NCBI RefSeq assembly: GCF_009914755.1
Contig: NC_060926.1
Reading direction: 5' to 3' (one strand)
Length of the DNA stretch: 64,000 bases
Source: the human T2T-CHM13v2.0 reference genome, Homo sapiens
The notes below the pieces were generated by a model. It did not search any database, was not told the origin of the DNA, and saw nothing but the letters and a program-made list of their open reading frames with translations. Position numbers and translations under genes: made by a program. Shown here in pieces: positions 16,659 to 29,570 of the stretch. The number at the start of each line of letters is the position of its first letter. Within the stretch, counting starts at the first letter, position 1.

Positions 16659-17005
16659 AGGCTGGGCACGGTGGCTCACACCTATAATCCCAGCACTTTG
16701 TGAGGCCAAGGCAGGCAGATCACGTGGGGTCAGGACTTTGAGACCAACAACAGGAGTTTGAGACTGGCCAACATGGTGAAACCCCGTCTCTACTAAAAAT
16801 ACAAAAATTAGCAGGGTGTGCTGGGGCATGCCTGAGGTCCCAGCTACTTCAAAGGCCGAGGCACAAGAATTGCTTTAACCTGGGAGGTGGAGAATCTGTG
16901 TTTCTAGAATGCAGAGGTTGCAGCAAGTCGAAATCCTGCCACTGCACTCCAGCCTGGGTGACAGAGCAAGACAACATCTCGAAAAAATAATAATAATTAT
17001 TATTA
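16659..17005 (+). mobile_element. AluS with internal duplication/insertion, embedded in an old L1 fragment
   Basis: Alu consensus with extra segments at ~16745-16765 and ~16890-16910; aattattgtg flanking repeat. Confidence 0.8.
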
Positions 17006-17104
17006 TTGTGCAGCCGTAGAGAGATGAGGCAGATCTATTTGTGTAGATGGATAGATCTCTAAGACATATGCTCACAGTGAACAAGATAAGCAATTTCTCT
17101 GCTC

Positions 17105-17915
17105 TCCTGCAGTTGACCTTCAGGGAAAGACAGATAGTGAACAAGTCAACAAATAAAAGATACTTTCAGGTAGTAGTATGAGTTCTAAAGATGACAAAAC
17201 CATGCTGATGGGAAGATGAGTACTGGTGGAGGGTGGAAGGTGGTGGGGGAGAGACTGCATGGTTGTGAAAGGCTTCTCTGAGGAGGTGACATTTGAATTG
17301 ATCCAAATGACATGAGGGAGCCACCATGAAAAGTTCTAGGGCAGAGTTTTTGGAGGAGGTGGAACAGCAAGGGCAAAGCCTCTGAGGTGAGAGCAGCTTT
17401 GGCCCATTTATGGAAAGGAGTTATTTCAGTGTAGGGAGTGTAGGAGATAAGAGGGAGGATGGTGAGAGGAGGACAGGAAGGTAGGCAGAGGCTGGATCAT
17501 GGTGGCCCTTGCAGGTCTCGGTAAAGAGTTTGATATTTGTTTCAAGTGCAAGAGGAAGTCAATGGAGGACTTTTAAGCAAAGAGACATCATCTTGTTTAT
17601 ATTTGTAAAAGATCACTCTGGCTTCTCTATAAAGAATGAATTATAAGGGTTAAGACTGGATGCTGATGGGAGACTATTGTGTCCCTGCAGCCTCAGTAGC
17701 ACTAATGGAGAAGTTCGGGTGATAGCAGGAGAAAGCTGGAGAAGAGAAGCTGGATTCAGGATGCAATCTGAACTTGCTGATTGATCAGAGGCAGGGAGTG
17801 AGGGAAAGAGAGGAATCAATAATGACTCCTGGGTGATTGACTGGAATGACAGGGAGGATAGATGGTGGTGGTGTTTGCTGTGATGAAGACTGTGAAAAGA
17901 CAGGGCTTGGGAGAC
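17105..17915. mobile_element. L2 LINE fragment
   Basis: L2-typical gaaaggcttctctgaggaggtgacatttgaa and aagatcactctggct motifs. Confidence 0.6.
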
Positions 17916-18104
17916 TGCACATTCCTTTTCTCTGGGTAAACAGAGTCCCTGCCACTATCCAGGGCCCTGCTCTTTAGGTGGCTTCATCTTATCTCTCAGT
18001 TGTGGGGCAAGGAGTCCACAGGGCCCAAGGTCCATGCCTGCCTAAAGGCTGTATTTTCCCATCCCCACCCAGACTTCTAGGGTGGCCAGCAGATAGCTAT
18101 TTGG

Positions 18105-18835
18105 TTCTGTGTGGGTGCGTTGTGTGTGTGTGTGTGTGTATGTGTGGTGTGCGGTGTGGGTGTGGTGTATGTGGGGGTGTGTGCGCTGTTTGTGTGTGTC
18201 GTATGGTGTGTGTGTGTAATGTGTGGTGTGTGTGTGGATAGGCGTGGGTGGTATGGTATGGGGGAGTATATGGTGTACGTATGTGTGCGTGGTATGTATG
18301 TGGTATGTGTAGTGTGGTATGTATGGGTATGTGGTGTGTGTGTAGAATGTGTATATATGTGGTGTGTGCATACGGCATGTGGGTGGGTATGTGTAGTGTA
18401 TATATGTGGAATGCGTGGGGGGCAGCATTTGTGTGCATGTATGCTGTGTGTATGTGTGGTGTGTGTGATGTGTATGTGTGTGTGTGGTGTGTTATGTGTG
18501 TATGTTGCATGTATGTGTGATATGTATGGGTATGTGGTGTGTATATGGTATGTGTATGTGTTGTATGTGGTATGTGTGGGGAGGTTGTGTGTGGCATGTG
18601 TGTGGTGTATGTGTTATGTATGGTGTTTGGTATATGTGGTGTGTGTATGTGGTGTGTATGTGGTATGTGTGATGTGCATGGTGTGTGGTGTGTGGTGTGT
18701 GTATGGGATAGTGTAGTGTGTGTATGTGGTACGTGATTGGGAGGTGGCATGTGTATGTGTGTGTATGGTGTGTATGTAGTATGTGAGAGGGTGTATGTGT
18801 ATGGTATATGTGGGATGCATGTGTGTATGCGTGCA
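18105..18835. repeat. ~730-bp degenerate (TG/TGG/TATG)n low-complexity tract in TMEM169 intron 2
   Basis: Almost entirely G/T/A alternating repeats. Confidence 0.95.
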
Positions 18836-19323
18836 GCCCCTGGATGTGAGGGCTGGATCAGGCATGTGAGGGGCCCCCTCTCAGAAAGCACAGAACTAGG
18901 CATGAGAAGGGAAGGTGGTGGCCGTCCATCAGTCCAGTATCTTCACAGCACTTGTTACCTAGAAATAGGATCATCATTTGCATCATGTCTGTATCAAAGT
19001 TCGTCACACTCCTCCGTGCCACAGAGATTGTGCCAAGATTGAGGCCCCAAAAAGCGGAGAGAGTAGGTGAAAAGCTTAACCTGCCTCACAATTTTATCAG
19101 GGCCCAGGCACAAGGACTGAGAGTTCATGTGGGAGCAATAACACCAGTGGTCACTCTCCCGAGGGAGACCCACTCAGTCCGCCATTGAATCACTGACTCA
19201 GGACTGTGCCAGATGGTGTAAAAAAGGCTACTCTTGTCCTCATGCCCAGCCTGGGAGGGTGCAACATGGAGATGCAATGCCCACTCTTCTGATCTTGACT
19301 CTCACCTCCTTTGTACCCTGCAG

Positions 19324-19946
19324 ATATGTGGAACCTGCCTCTGGACAGCCGCTACGTCACCTTAACTGGGACCATCACACGAGGGAAGAAAAAGGGTCAG
19401 ATGGTGGACATCCATGTCACATTGACAGAGAAAGAGCTGCAGGAACTGACCAAACCTAAAGAGTCATCAAGGGAAACGACGCCTGAAGGAAGAATGGCCT
19501 GCCAGATGGGAGCTGACCGTGGGCCCCATGTGGTCCTCTGGACGCTGATCTGCCTGCCTGTGGTTTTCATCCTTTCTTTTGTTGTCTCTTTCTACTACGG
19601 CACTATCACCTGGTACAACATCTTCCTCGTGTATAATGAGGAAAGGACCTTCTGGCACAAGATCTCGTATTGCCCTTGCCTCGTTCTCTTCTATCCAGTG
19701 CTCATCATGGCCATGGCTTCTTCCCTCGGCCTCTACGCTGCTGTGGTCCAGCTCTCGTGGTCCTGGGAAGCATGGTGGCAAGCTGCCCGGGACATGGAGA
19801 AAGGCTTCTGTGGCTGGCTCTGCAGCAAGCTGGGTCTGGAGGACTGTTCTCCCTACAGCATTGTGGAGTTGCTTGAATCCGACAATATCTCAAGCACTCT
19901 CTCCAACAAGGACCCCATCCAAGAAGTAGAAACCTCCACGGTCTAA
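19324..19946 (+). CDS. TMEM169: TMEM169 last coding exon with two hydrophobic TM segments; total CDS 894 nt = 297 aa
   Basis: Acceptor ctttgtaccctgcag ending 19323; G+AT restores the frame (D-MWNLPLDSR...VETSTV*); hydrophobic stretches VVLWTLICLPVVFILSFVVSF and CLVLFYPVLIMAMASSLGLYAAVV. Confidence 0.95.
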
Positions 19947-20399
19947 ACTCCCAACAACTTACTCCCTCCTCTGGCCCCAGTAGCCTATATATCATCTTAA
20001 AATTCCAGCAGATTATTTCTTTAAATTACCCCCTACTCTCCGCAGTTCTTCTGGGAAATCAGAGTCCATACTGATCAGTTTTACCATCTTGAGGGTTCCA
20101 GGAGGGCATGGAGCAGACAAGCAATTGTGCCAAAGCAGTTCACCCAATGGACAAACTCTTTTTGATTCCCTGCCCTAAAATCACCATTTATTTAGGACAA
20201 TGGAACTCTGCTGTGTGTCGTTTTGGGAGCCTGGAAGTGTTACTGGTGCCTGGAACTGAGGGGAGTATGTGACTAAATGTGTCAGGGAGAATAAAGAACC
20301 TCGGGGTAACCAAATCCACCAAGATAATAGACAGGGATGGAGTGAGACATTTAGGAAGCTGGACTACCACAGTGTAGCAGAAGGTAAAGATTTGTGTGT

Positions 20400-21165
<766 letters not shown>

Positions 21166-22155
21166 CAAGAATGGTTATCTTGGTAGGCAAGTCAGAATCT
21201 TTGCCTCACAATGATCATTTAAATACATTCAGAACCCCCAAACTGCTAATATGGTTTTATTTATTTATTTATTCATTCATTTGTTTATTCATTTATTTAT
21301 TTAGGCCTGAATCTTACACAGAGAATTTATATATAGATATTAGCTACATATACTTTGAATATGCTATACATCGATATTAGCACCTCACGTACTTTGCAAT
21401 TAAGCTTCTGTAATGTCATGTGATTTGTTTTTGGAAAGGAATAGTGGACAGGAGAGTACAATTTATAATAGTAGCATAACTCTTTGTCCTGGTGGTGGAG
21501 GTGGGACGAGGTGGTGATATTTAACCTAGATTAAAGACCAGGAAGGGAGGAATTGCATCTGCCAAAGTTTCCTCCAACAGCGATCAGTAGCCCTAAGTAC
21601 AAAGAAGCCAGATTTAGCCTTCTGTTGTTTGGCAAAACCTCACTCAGAGCTTTACTCCCTCAGACCTTTCTGAGTTTAACCACAGACATGATCTTTGCTG
21701 TGCTGAGAAACTTGTGTCTACCTGGCCTGTAGGGAGTGTAAACTAGATTAATACAGATTAACAGACTCTGAACTTAAAAAAAAAAATCACTCCTAAGGGT
21801 GTCCTTCTAATTTCAAAATATCAACTCCTAAGAGGTCAGCAGAATTTGGAGATTTGGGTCCTTATAAGAATAGCTGGTGCTCTTTTCTTGTTCATGTCTC
21901 AAAACAAAGCTGTTGAGAGAACTGCTGCGATGAATCAAACCAGAGGAGTTTGTCATGCTCCCCACAGAGAGCCCAGGACATTTGCCTGATGTATGGTGCT
22001 GAGCTCCACCTTCAGAGGAACTCTCTCTTTTTTTTTTTTTTAAATAACTATTATTAGCTTGACAAGAAAAAAAAAGTGCCCAACAGTTTTAGTGTTAATC
22101 TTGGTGCTCTATGGTGCATTAGCAGAGATATGAACAATTAAATGAAGACAAAGAA

Positions 22156-22167
22156 AATAAAAATAAA
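22156..22167 (+). terminator. TMEM169: Tandem AATAAA poly(A) signals, likely TMEM169 3' end (proximal AATAAA also at 20290-20295)
   Basis: AATAAAAATAAA followed by T/GT-rich downstream sequence (ttttgctcattttgtcttt). Confidence 0.7.
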
Positions 22168-23117
22168 GTCTGATTAACTTTTGCTCATTTTGTCTTTGAG
22201 GCTCTTCAAAATTGCTTTGAATGCTATGGTTTGCAGAAAAAGGGTGAGCATGATGGCTGTCCTATATGTATGTAATGATTTTAATATGAATCCTTGTGTC
22301 TGGACTCTTTCCATGCTTCACTAATTTTGGGGAATTCTATTTAGGTGGACTGTTTTCACAAACCACACTAGAAACTTGCAACCACATTTGTCCCATTTTT
22401 CTGGGGTTGGGGAAACCAATGGGAAAAGCCAAAAAGTTGTGATTAGGACACAGGTAAAGTGGCTGTGGTGCCATGGAAGAGTGTGGGATGATGATGAGAT
22501 CATACCCAAGAGATACCTAGATAAAGTTGACATGGCCTTCATCCTAGTTGGGCTCATCATCTAGTGGAAGAAATAGGCTTGTAAATTAAAACCATTTCAA
22601 AGGGGTTCTATAGAGGTATGTAAAAGCCTAGACTAGAGGAAGGAAAAACAGAACCAAACAGAACCAAAGCATCTCATTTTTGCTCTCAGCAAACACCACA
22701 GAGACCATCAGAGGAGAAACTGGAGAGTTCAATACCATATTTGAACAATTCTTTTGGCTCATAGTTGCCTAATCATCGTGGTGAATATCAAGGAAGATGA
22801 CTATATTTTCCAGTTGCTTAGCAGCCATAATGTGCTGAGCTGGATAAACCATGTCTGGCCCATAGGGTGACACTGATGTGTTTCCAAGTCATCTTGTCTA
22901 TTGACATTAGGTAGCACCCTTCATTTCACTTCACATCCAAGAAGAATAAAACCCATGATTTTCTATAAAACAAGATTCTAAATCTTAAGAATAACCAATT
23001 TCAGATGATGTGAAAGTTTCATTCTGCCATTTTGGAATGGCCACCCAGAGCTTAATTTGTGCAGTGTTGAAAAATATTAGTGGACATCTTACTACTCACA
23101 TCTGTTTGGGATATAAA

Positions 23118-23400
<283 letters not shown>

Positions 23401-23689
23401 ACATAAACTTTTATTTCATATCTGTACTCTGTTAATATTCTACTTATTTTCTCAGTTACCCATATAACCATTGTAACAGCTCTCTGTCAGAACACAAAGC
23501 CTGTATATTTTAATTTTTATAGTGGTCACGAAGTCATTACTCATAGTTCACGTTCAAGGTAATACCAAATGCAAACATATTCCAGCAACTTAAATTATAA
23601 TTACAAAATAAAATTTTTATTTGCCTTTATTAACTACCTGAAGGGGAACACATGGTCTACATTGTAGCAATAGTTCAAAAAAATCTCTG

Positions 23690-24780
<1,091 letters not shown>

Positions 24781-25299
24781 CTCACACGCATCACCAAAAT
24801 GACATTTTGCCATTCCCCCTTTCCTATCCCATTTATTTCCCTCATATGCCACAGTGGCTTTTACACATTTCTCTCTAACTCCCCCTTCTGTCCCCCAACA
24901 CACATACCATCACCACCACTAGTCATAGCCCATCAACCTCCTGTCCCCCTTTATTCCCAATTCTGTATCATTTAAATCCAAAAGGACCTTGCACTGACAG
25001 AAACAGAACGAACAAAGCCAGAATCCTTTTGTTGTGGAGGAGGAAGGGAGTAGCCATATATGCTGTCACATCATTAATAATGTTTATCCCTTGACCCTTG
25101 ATTAATGAAGGCCCTTTGCCAGGGGAAGCAATGCTTAAAGTCCATATCCCTTTTCAGCGTCACAGATGCCTAGCTGCACAGAGGTGGCTGGTTCTAAAGA
25201 CTTCTATAAAAACAGCTGAGATGCAAACAAGCACAGCTACTAGAACCTCTTTTATTTCTTCCAAGAAACAGACCTGTACTGAAGGGTGTATGGAAGACA

Positions 25300-25425
25300 G
25301 AGAGTGGGGACAGGGAGAAGGAGAAGAAGGGGGAGGAGGAGGAGCAGGAGGAAGAGGAAGGGGAAAAGCAAGAGGGAGGGAGGGAAGGAGGAAGGGAGAG
25401 AGAGAGAGAAAGGAAGAGGAAAAAT
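25300..25425. repeat. Purine (GA)-rich low-complexity tract
   Basis: ggagaaggagaagaaggggg...gagagagagaaaggaagagg. Confidence 0.85.
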
Positions 25426-25532
25426 AGAGACCATATACAAGATAAAAACATGGACATAAAGCATGCAAATTTCCTTCACTGTATTCAGTCTCCAGTAATT
25501 CTCTTTACCAGTCTTATTAAAAATATTTTTTA

Positions 25533-25833
25533 GGCTGAGCGCGGTGGATCACATCTGTAATCCCAGCACTTTGGGAGGCTGAGGTGGGCGGATCACCTGA
25601 GGTCAGGAGTTCGAGACCAGCCTGGCCAACATGGCAAAATCCCGTCTCTACTAAAAATACAAAAATTAGCCGGCACAGTGGTGGGTGCCTATAATCCCAG
25701 CTACTTGGTAGGCTGACGCAGGAAAATCGCTTGAGCCTGGTGGCGGGTGGGAGCGGCGGAGGTTTGTAGTGAGCCGAGATCGTGCCACTGCACTCCAGCC
25801 TGGGCGCAGAGTGAGACTGTTCTCAAAAAAAAA
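25533..25833 (+). mobile_element. AluS abutting the 3' end of the HMGN1 retrocopy; no TSD seen
   Basis: Full Alu consensus with short A-tail. Confidence 0.88.
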
Positions 25834-26354
25834 GAGGGTATCAGGGTACATTATCTCCACATGCTGATAAGTTGTTACATAAGTCCCACCAATTCACAAT
25901 TTAATATCATATACTCTACCCACTCAAATTTTCAGTCTTTCAAAGCACATTAACAAAGTTATCAGGAAAATGGGACTAGCACAACCAAAGATGTTACAGA
26001 CTGCACACAATTTTGACACGGATAGCAACGTGACCAAGGAGTGGTTTTCTTCAGGAAACAATTCTACTAAAAAAACCCATGAAAATAAAAGTAATTTAAA
26101 ATTTTCAAGACACATTAAATGCATGACTGTGGCTCTATATTGCCATTTAGTATGCGCTGTACTGTAGGAAATAAAATACCCTCTCCCTAGGGAATGTTAA
26201 ACTGACTTCGAAGACAGTGAAAGCCTCCCATTATTCACTATTTCAGTGTTTCCTGGTTGTACCAAACAACAAACAAGTGAATTATTTCACCTTTTAAAAG
26301 CTACACTTTAAAAATGGGATAAAGTGGGATTCCCTCCTTCCTAAAAATGTTTCA

Positions 26355-26654
<300 letters not shown>

Positions 26655-26741
26655 GTTTCTACAGCTACTAAAAAACTTGCATTTAAAAATAGTTGATAAA
26701 AATATTCCTTATCAAAATAGTTGATAAAAATATTCCTCTGA

Positions 26742-27030
<289 letters not shown>

Positions 27031-28247
27031 TTTCTTTCCTTTTCTCTCTCTCTCTAGCTCTGGATCGTACAAGAAGGGAGACAAGGACCACTGACAAGAT
27101 ATGGTATGTGATACTAATCAGATTTGGCTTCTTTCTGTCCTGCTTCACCAGAGGCTGGACTCTCCTTGTTTCAGTTTCTCCGCTTTCCACAGATAAATCT
27201 TTTGTTTCCCGGATAGCCACTTGGCCTGTTTGCCCTTTGCTCCCATTTTTCCTTGTTTGCTTCTTTGTCTGAAAATTTATGCTGTCCTGCTGCCTCCGCT
27301 GGGCTTCGTTTCCACCTTTGCTGGAGGAGATTTAGCTGACAACCTCACAGATCTTCCCCGCCCCTTCTGCCGAGCTGATCTTTCTCTTGGAAATCTTACC
27401 CGCAGGGAAGGGCGAGTGTCCGTGCCTGCCTGCCTGCCTGCTGCAGCCCGCGCAAAGCTGAGCGGCCAGGGCGCTGCTGTTCCTTTAAAGTATTATTAAA
27501 AATAATATTTCAGCTTTTAAGTAACTCCTTGAGTTTGAATCAAAAGCTGGAAGAACCTCCTGGGCTCTATGAGCACCTCTGAATATGTCTGACTCTACAT
27601 TCTAGAGGCTTCAATATATTTATAATTTTGGCTCATAGATTCTCCACATCTTTTCAGCTTCAATTCTTGCTTTTCCCAGAAACAATTTTCAAGCAGGAGA
27701 GAATATTGATTGGACTTGATTTTCTCAGTTTGGGCAGAGGTTTGCAGACACTTTGCAGGTTGCCAGACCCTTCGTCCAGCCACCTGTCAGCTGGGGGTCA
27801 TATGGTATAGAAAGCAGTCATTTCTATGCAAGGTACTGCTTGGGCCTGCCTCCCTCAAAGGGGTAGGGGATGCGGGCTGGACAAAGGGCTCGTGATCAAG
27901 TAAAGCACTGTGATGACAGCTGCTATTTCTATATCTCCCTAGACTTGTCTTCTAAATTAAACCTTGACTCCTCCCTTCCAAGCTGGAGCCACTGCTAACT
28001 ACTGGGAGAGCCTTAGCAGATAAAGTCTCATGCCTCCAGGCGTTTGTGCATCCCATTTTCTCTGCAGAGTAGAATCTCCCTTCTACTTTTGTGCTCCTGG
28101 GGACGTCCTACTCTTCTTCCCCAGTTGGCTCTAAGGTTATCACATCGGTGAAGTGTTTCATTATCACTTTTTAGAAGAAACTGAGTCTTTTAGAGAAGTT
28201 AAGTGACTTTCTGCATTCATACTCATACTCAAGAAAATCTAACTCCA

Positions 28248-28380
28248 CAATAACCAAAAATAAAAAGTAGAAAAAAACCCACAAGTGATGAGAAAAAAAA
28301 AAATCAAAAGTTATAAAAAATAAATGAAAAAATGAAATTAAAGGAAAAAAGATTTTTTAAAAAAGTAAAAAAAAGAAAAG
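28248..28380 (+). repeat. A-rich insert flanked by the 13-bp direct repeat aaatctaactcca, inside a MIR-like fragment
   Basis: Repeat copies at 28235-28247 and 28381-28393. Confidence 0.75.
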
Positions 28381-28541
28381 AAATCTAACTCCAGAGCTCT
28401 GACACAAAATGCCTTAGGTGTTATTCTCAATGAGAGAAAAGGGACGTGAATCTTTAAGTGATTAAGTGAATCTTTAAGTAAATCTGTCGTACTAGTGTTT
28501 CAGGCGGCTCAAACACCACACGCTCCCGACTACGGCGGAAT

Positions 28542-28689
28542 GGAGAGAATGTGCGCATGCTCGGCGGGAATCTGCGCATGCTCGGCGGGAATCTGCGCAT
28601 GCTCGGAGAGAATCTGCGCATGCTCGGCCGGAATCTGCGCGAGCTCGGCGGGAATCTGCGCAAGCTCGGCGGGAATCTGCGCATGCTCA
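28542..28689 (+). repeat. XRCC5 promoter 21-bp VNTR, unit TGCGCATGCTCGGCGGGAATC; two perfect units (28552-28593), four variant units, and partial flanking units
   Basis: Units begin at 28552, 28573, 28594, 28615, 28636, 28657 and 28678; consistent with the described polymorphic XRCC5 promoter VNTR. Confidence 0.95.
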
Positions 28690-28841
28690 GAGTTCCGGGG
28701 CACGGTTTCCCCGCCCCTTTCAGGCCTAGCAGGAAACGAAGCGGCTCTTTCCGCTATCTGCCGCTTGTCCACCGGAAGCGAGTTGCGACACGGCAGGTTC
28801 CCGCCCGGAAGAAGCGACCAAAGCGCCTGAGGACCGGCAAC
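28557..28841 (+). CDS. XRCC5: In-frame N-terminal extension of Ku80 (KARP-1-type isoform): Leu heptads plus basic region
   Basis: No stop from 28482 to the Ku80 ATG; in-frame ATGs at 28557/28578/28599/28620/28683 would add 95/88/81/74/53 aa; translation depends on an upstream-initiated transcript. Confidence 0.55.
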
Positions 28842-28862
28842 ATGGTGCGGTCGGGGAATAAG
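28842..28862 (+). CDS. XRCC5: XRCC5 (Ku80) exon 1, MVRSGNK
   Basis: Strong Kozak aacATGg; donor AAG|GTATAA. Confidence 0.95.
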
Positions 28863-29374
28863 GTATAAAGAAAGCCATGGACTTGGGCTTTACCCGGACT
28901 GGGGATCCGGAGAGGGTGGTTCGGAAGCAGGAATCGTGGGATCGCGGTCAAGACAAAGAATGGGGCAAGAGAAGATCATGGTGGTGGGCTCAGTCAGGAG
29001 GGCCGGGACCGAGGGATGCGCTATGAGAAAAGCTGGAGATTTGGGGCTCCAAGACCTGAATTTGAGCCTCGCTGACTCCACCTCTTCCATTACCCACCCA
29101 TCCCATCCCTCTTCTCCCTCTCTACCTGCTCTTTGTCTCACCTGCCTCCCCACCCGCCTCCCCTCTCTCTCTCTTTATCCCATTCCACTCCCTAGCCCCA
29201 CTTCCTCTATTACTTCCGAGCCTGGGTTCTTAAGATCTCTATGAGAATGAAAATTAGCTGTGATAAAGCAACTATCCCACAGGGCTTGTTGTAAAACTTA
29301 AGAGAGGGACTATCTGTGACTAAAATAACTTAAACTGTAAAGCGTCGTATTATTAGCTTTATAATAACGTAGTA

Positions 29375-29570
29375 TCCCGCATTTATTGAAAGCCCACTCT
29401 GTGAGGGACGGATCTAAACCTTTTATTCTTATCTCATTTAATCTTCACAACCCCTTGAAGTGAAAACTATTTATCCCCATTTTGCAAGTGGGAAAACCGA
29501 GGAATAAAGAACTGTGGGCTTTTCCTGGTGAAATCCGGATTTGAATCCAAGCTGTCTGGTTTCAGGGCCC
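29375..29570. mobile_element. MIR
   Basis: ctcatttaatcttcacaac...tatccccattttgcaagtgggaaaaccgagg core. Confidence 0.7.

Larger units (their letters stand above)
28490..29000 (+). promoter_or_regulatory. XRCC5: XRCC5 CpG-island promoter
   Basis: CpG-rich; NRF1-like TGCGCATGC cores in the VNTR; GC box ccccgcccc 28709-28717; ETS motifs ACCGGAAG 28771-28778 and CCCGGAAG 28804-28811. Confidence 0.85.

Noticed and set aside
17978-19042. Multiple long ORFs (up to 268 aa) rich in H/T or C/V
   Set aside because: Artefacts of the TG-repeat tract
19467-19995. Overlapping alternative-frame and antisense ORFs
   Set aside because: Shadows of the GC-rich TMEM169 CDS with no independent evidence
27941-27950. 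p53 site AGACTTGTCT near the XRCC5 promoter (also GAGCATGTTC at 5372-5381)
   Set aside because: Single half-sites with no adjacent second half-site; frequent by chance
28542-28689. CRISPR-like array
   Set aside because: Units are contiguous with no unique spacers, there are no cas genes, and the context is human; it is a minisatellite
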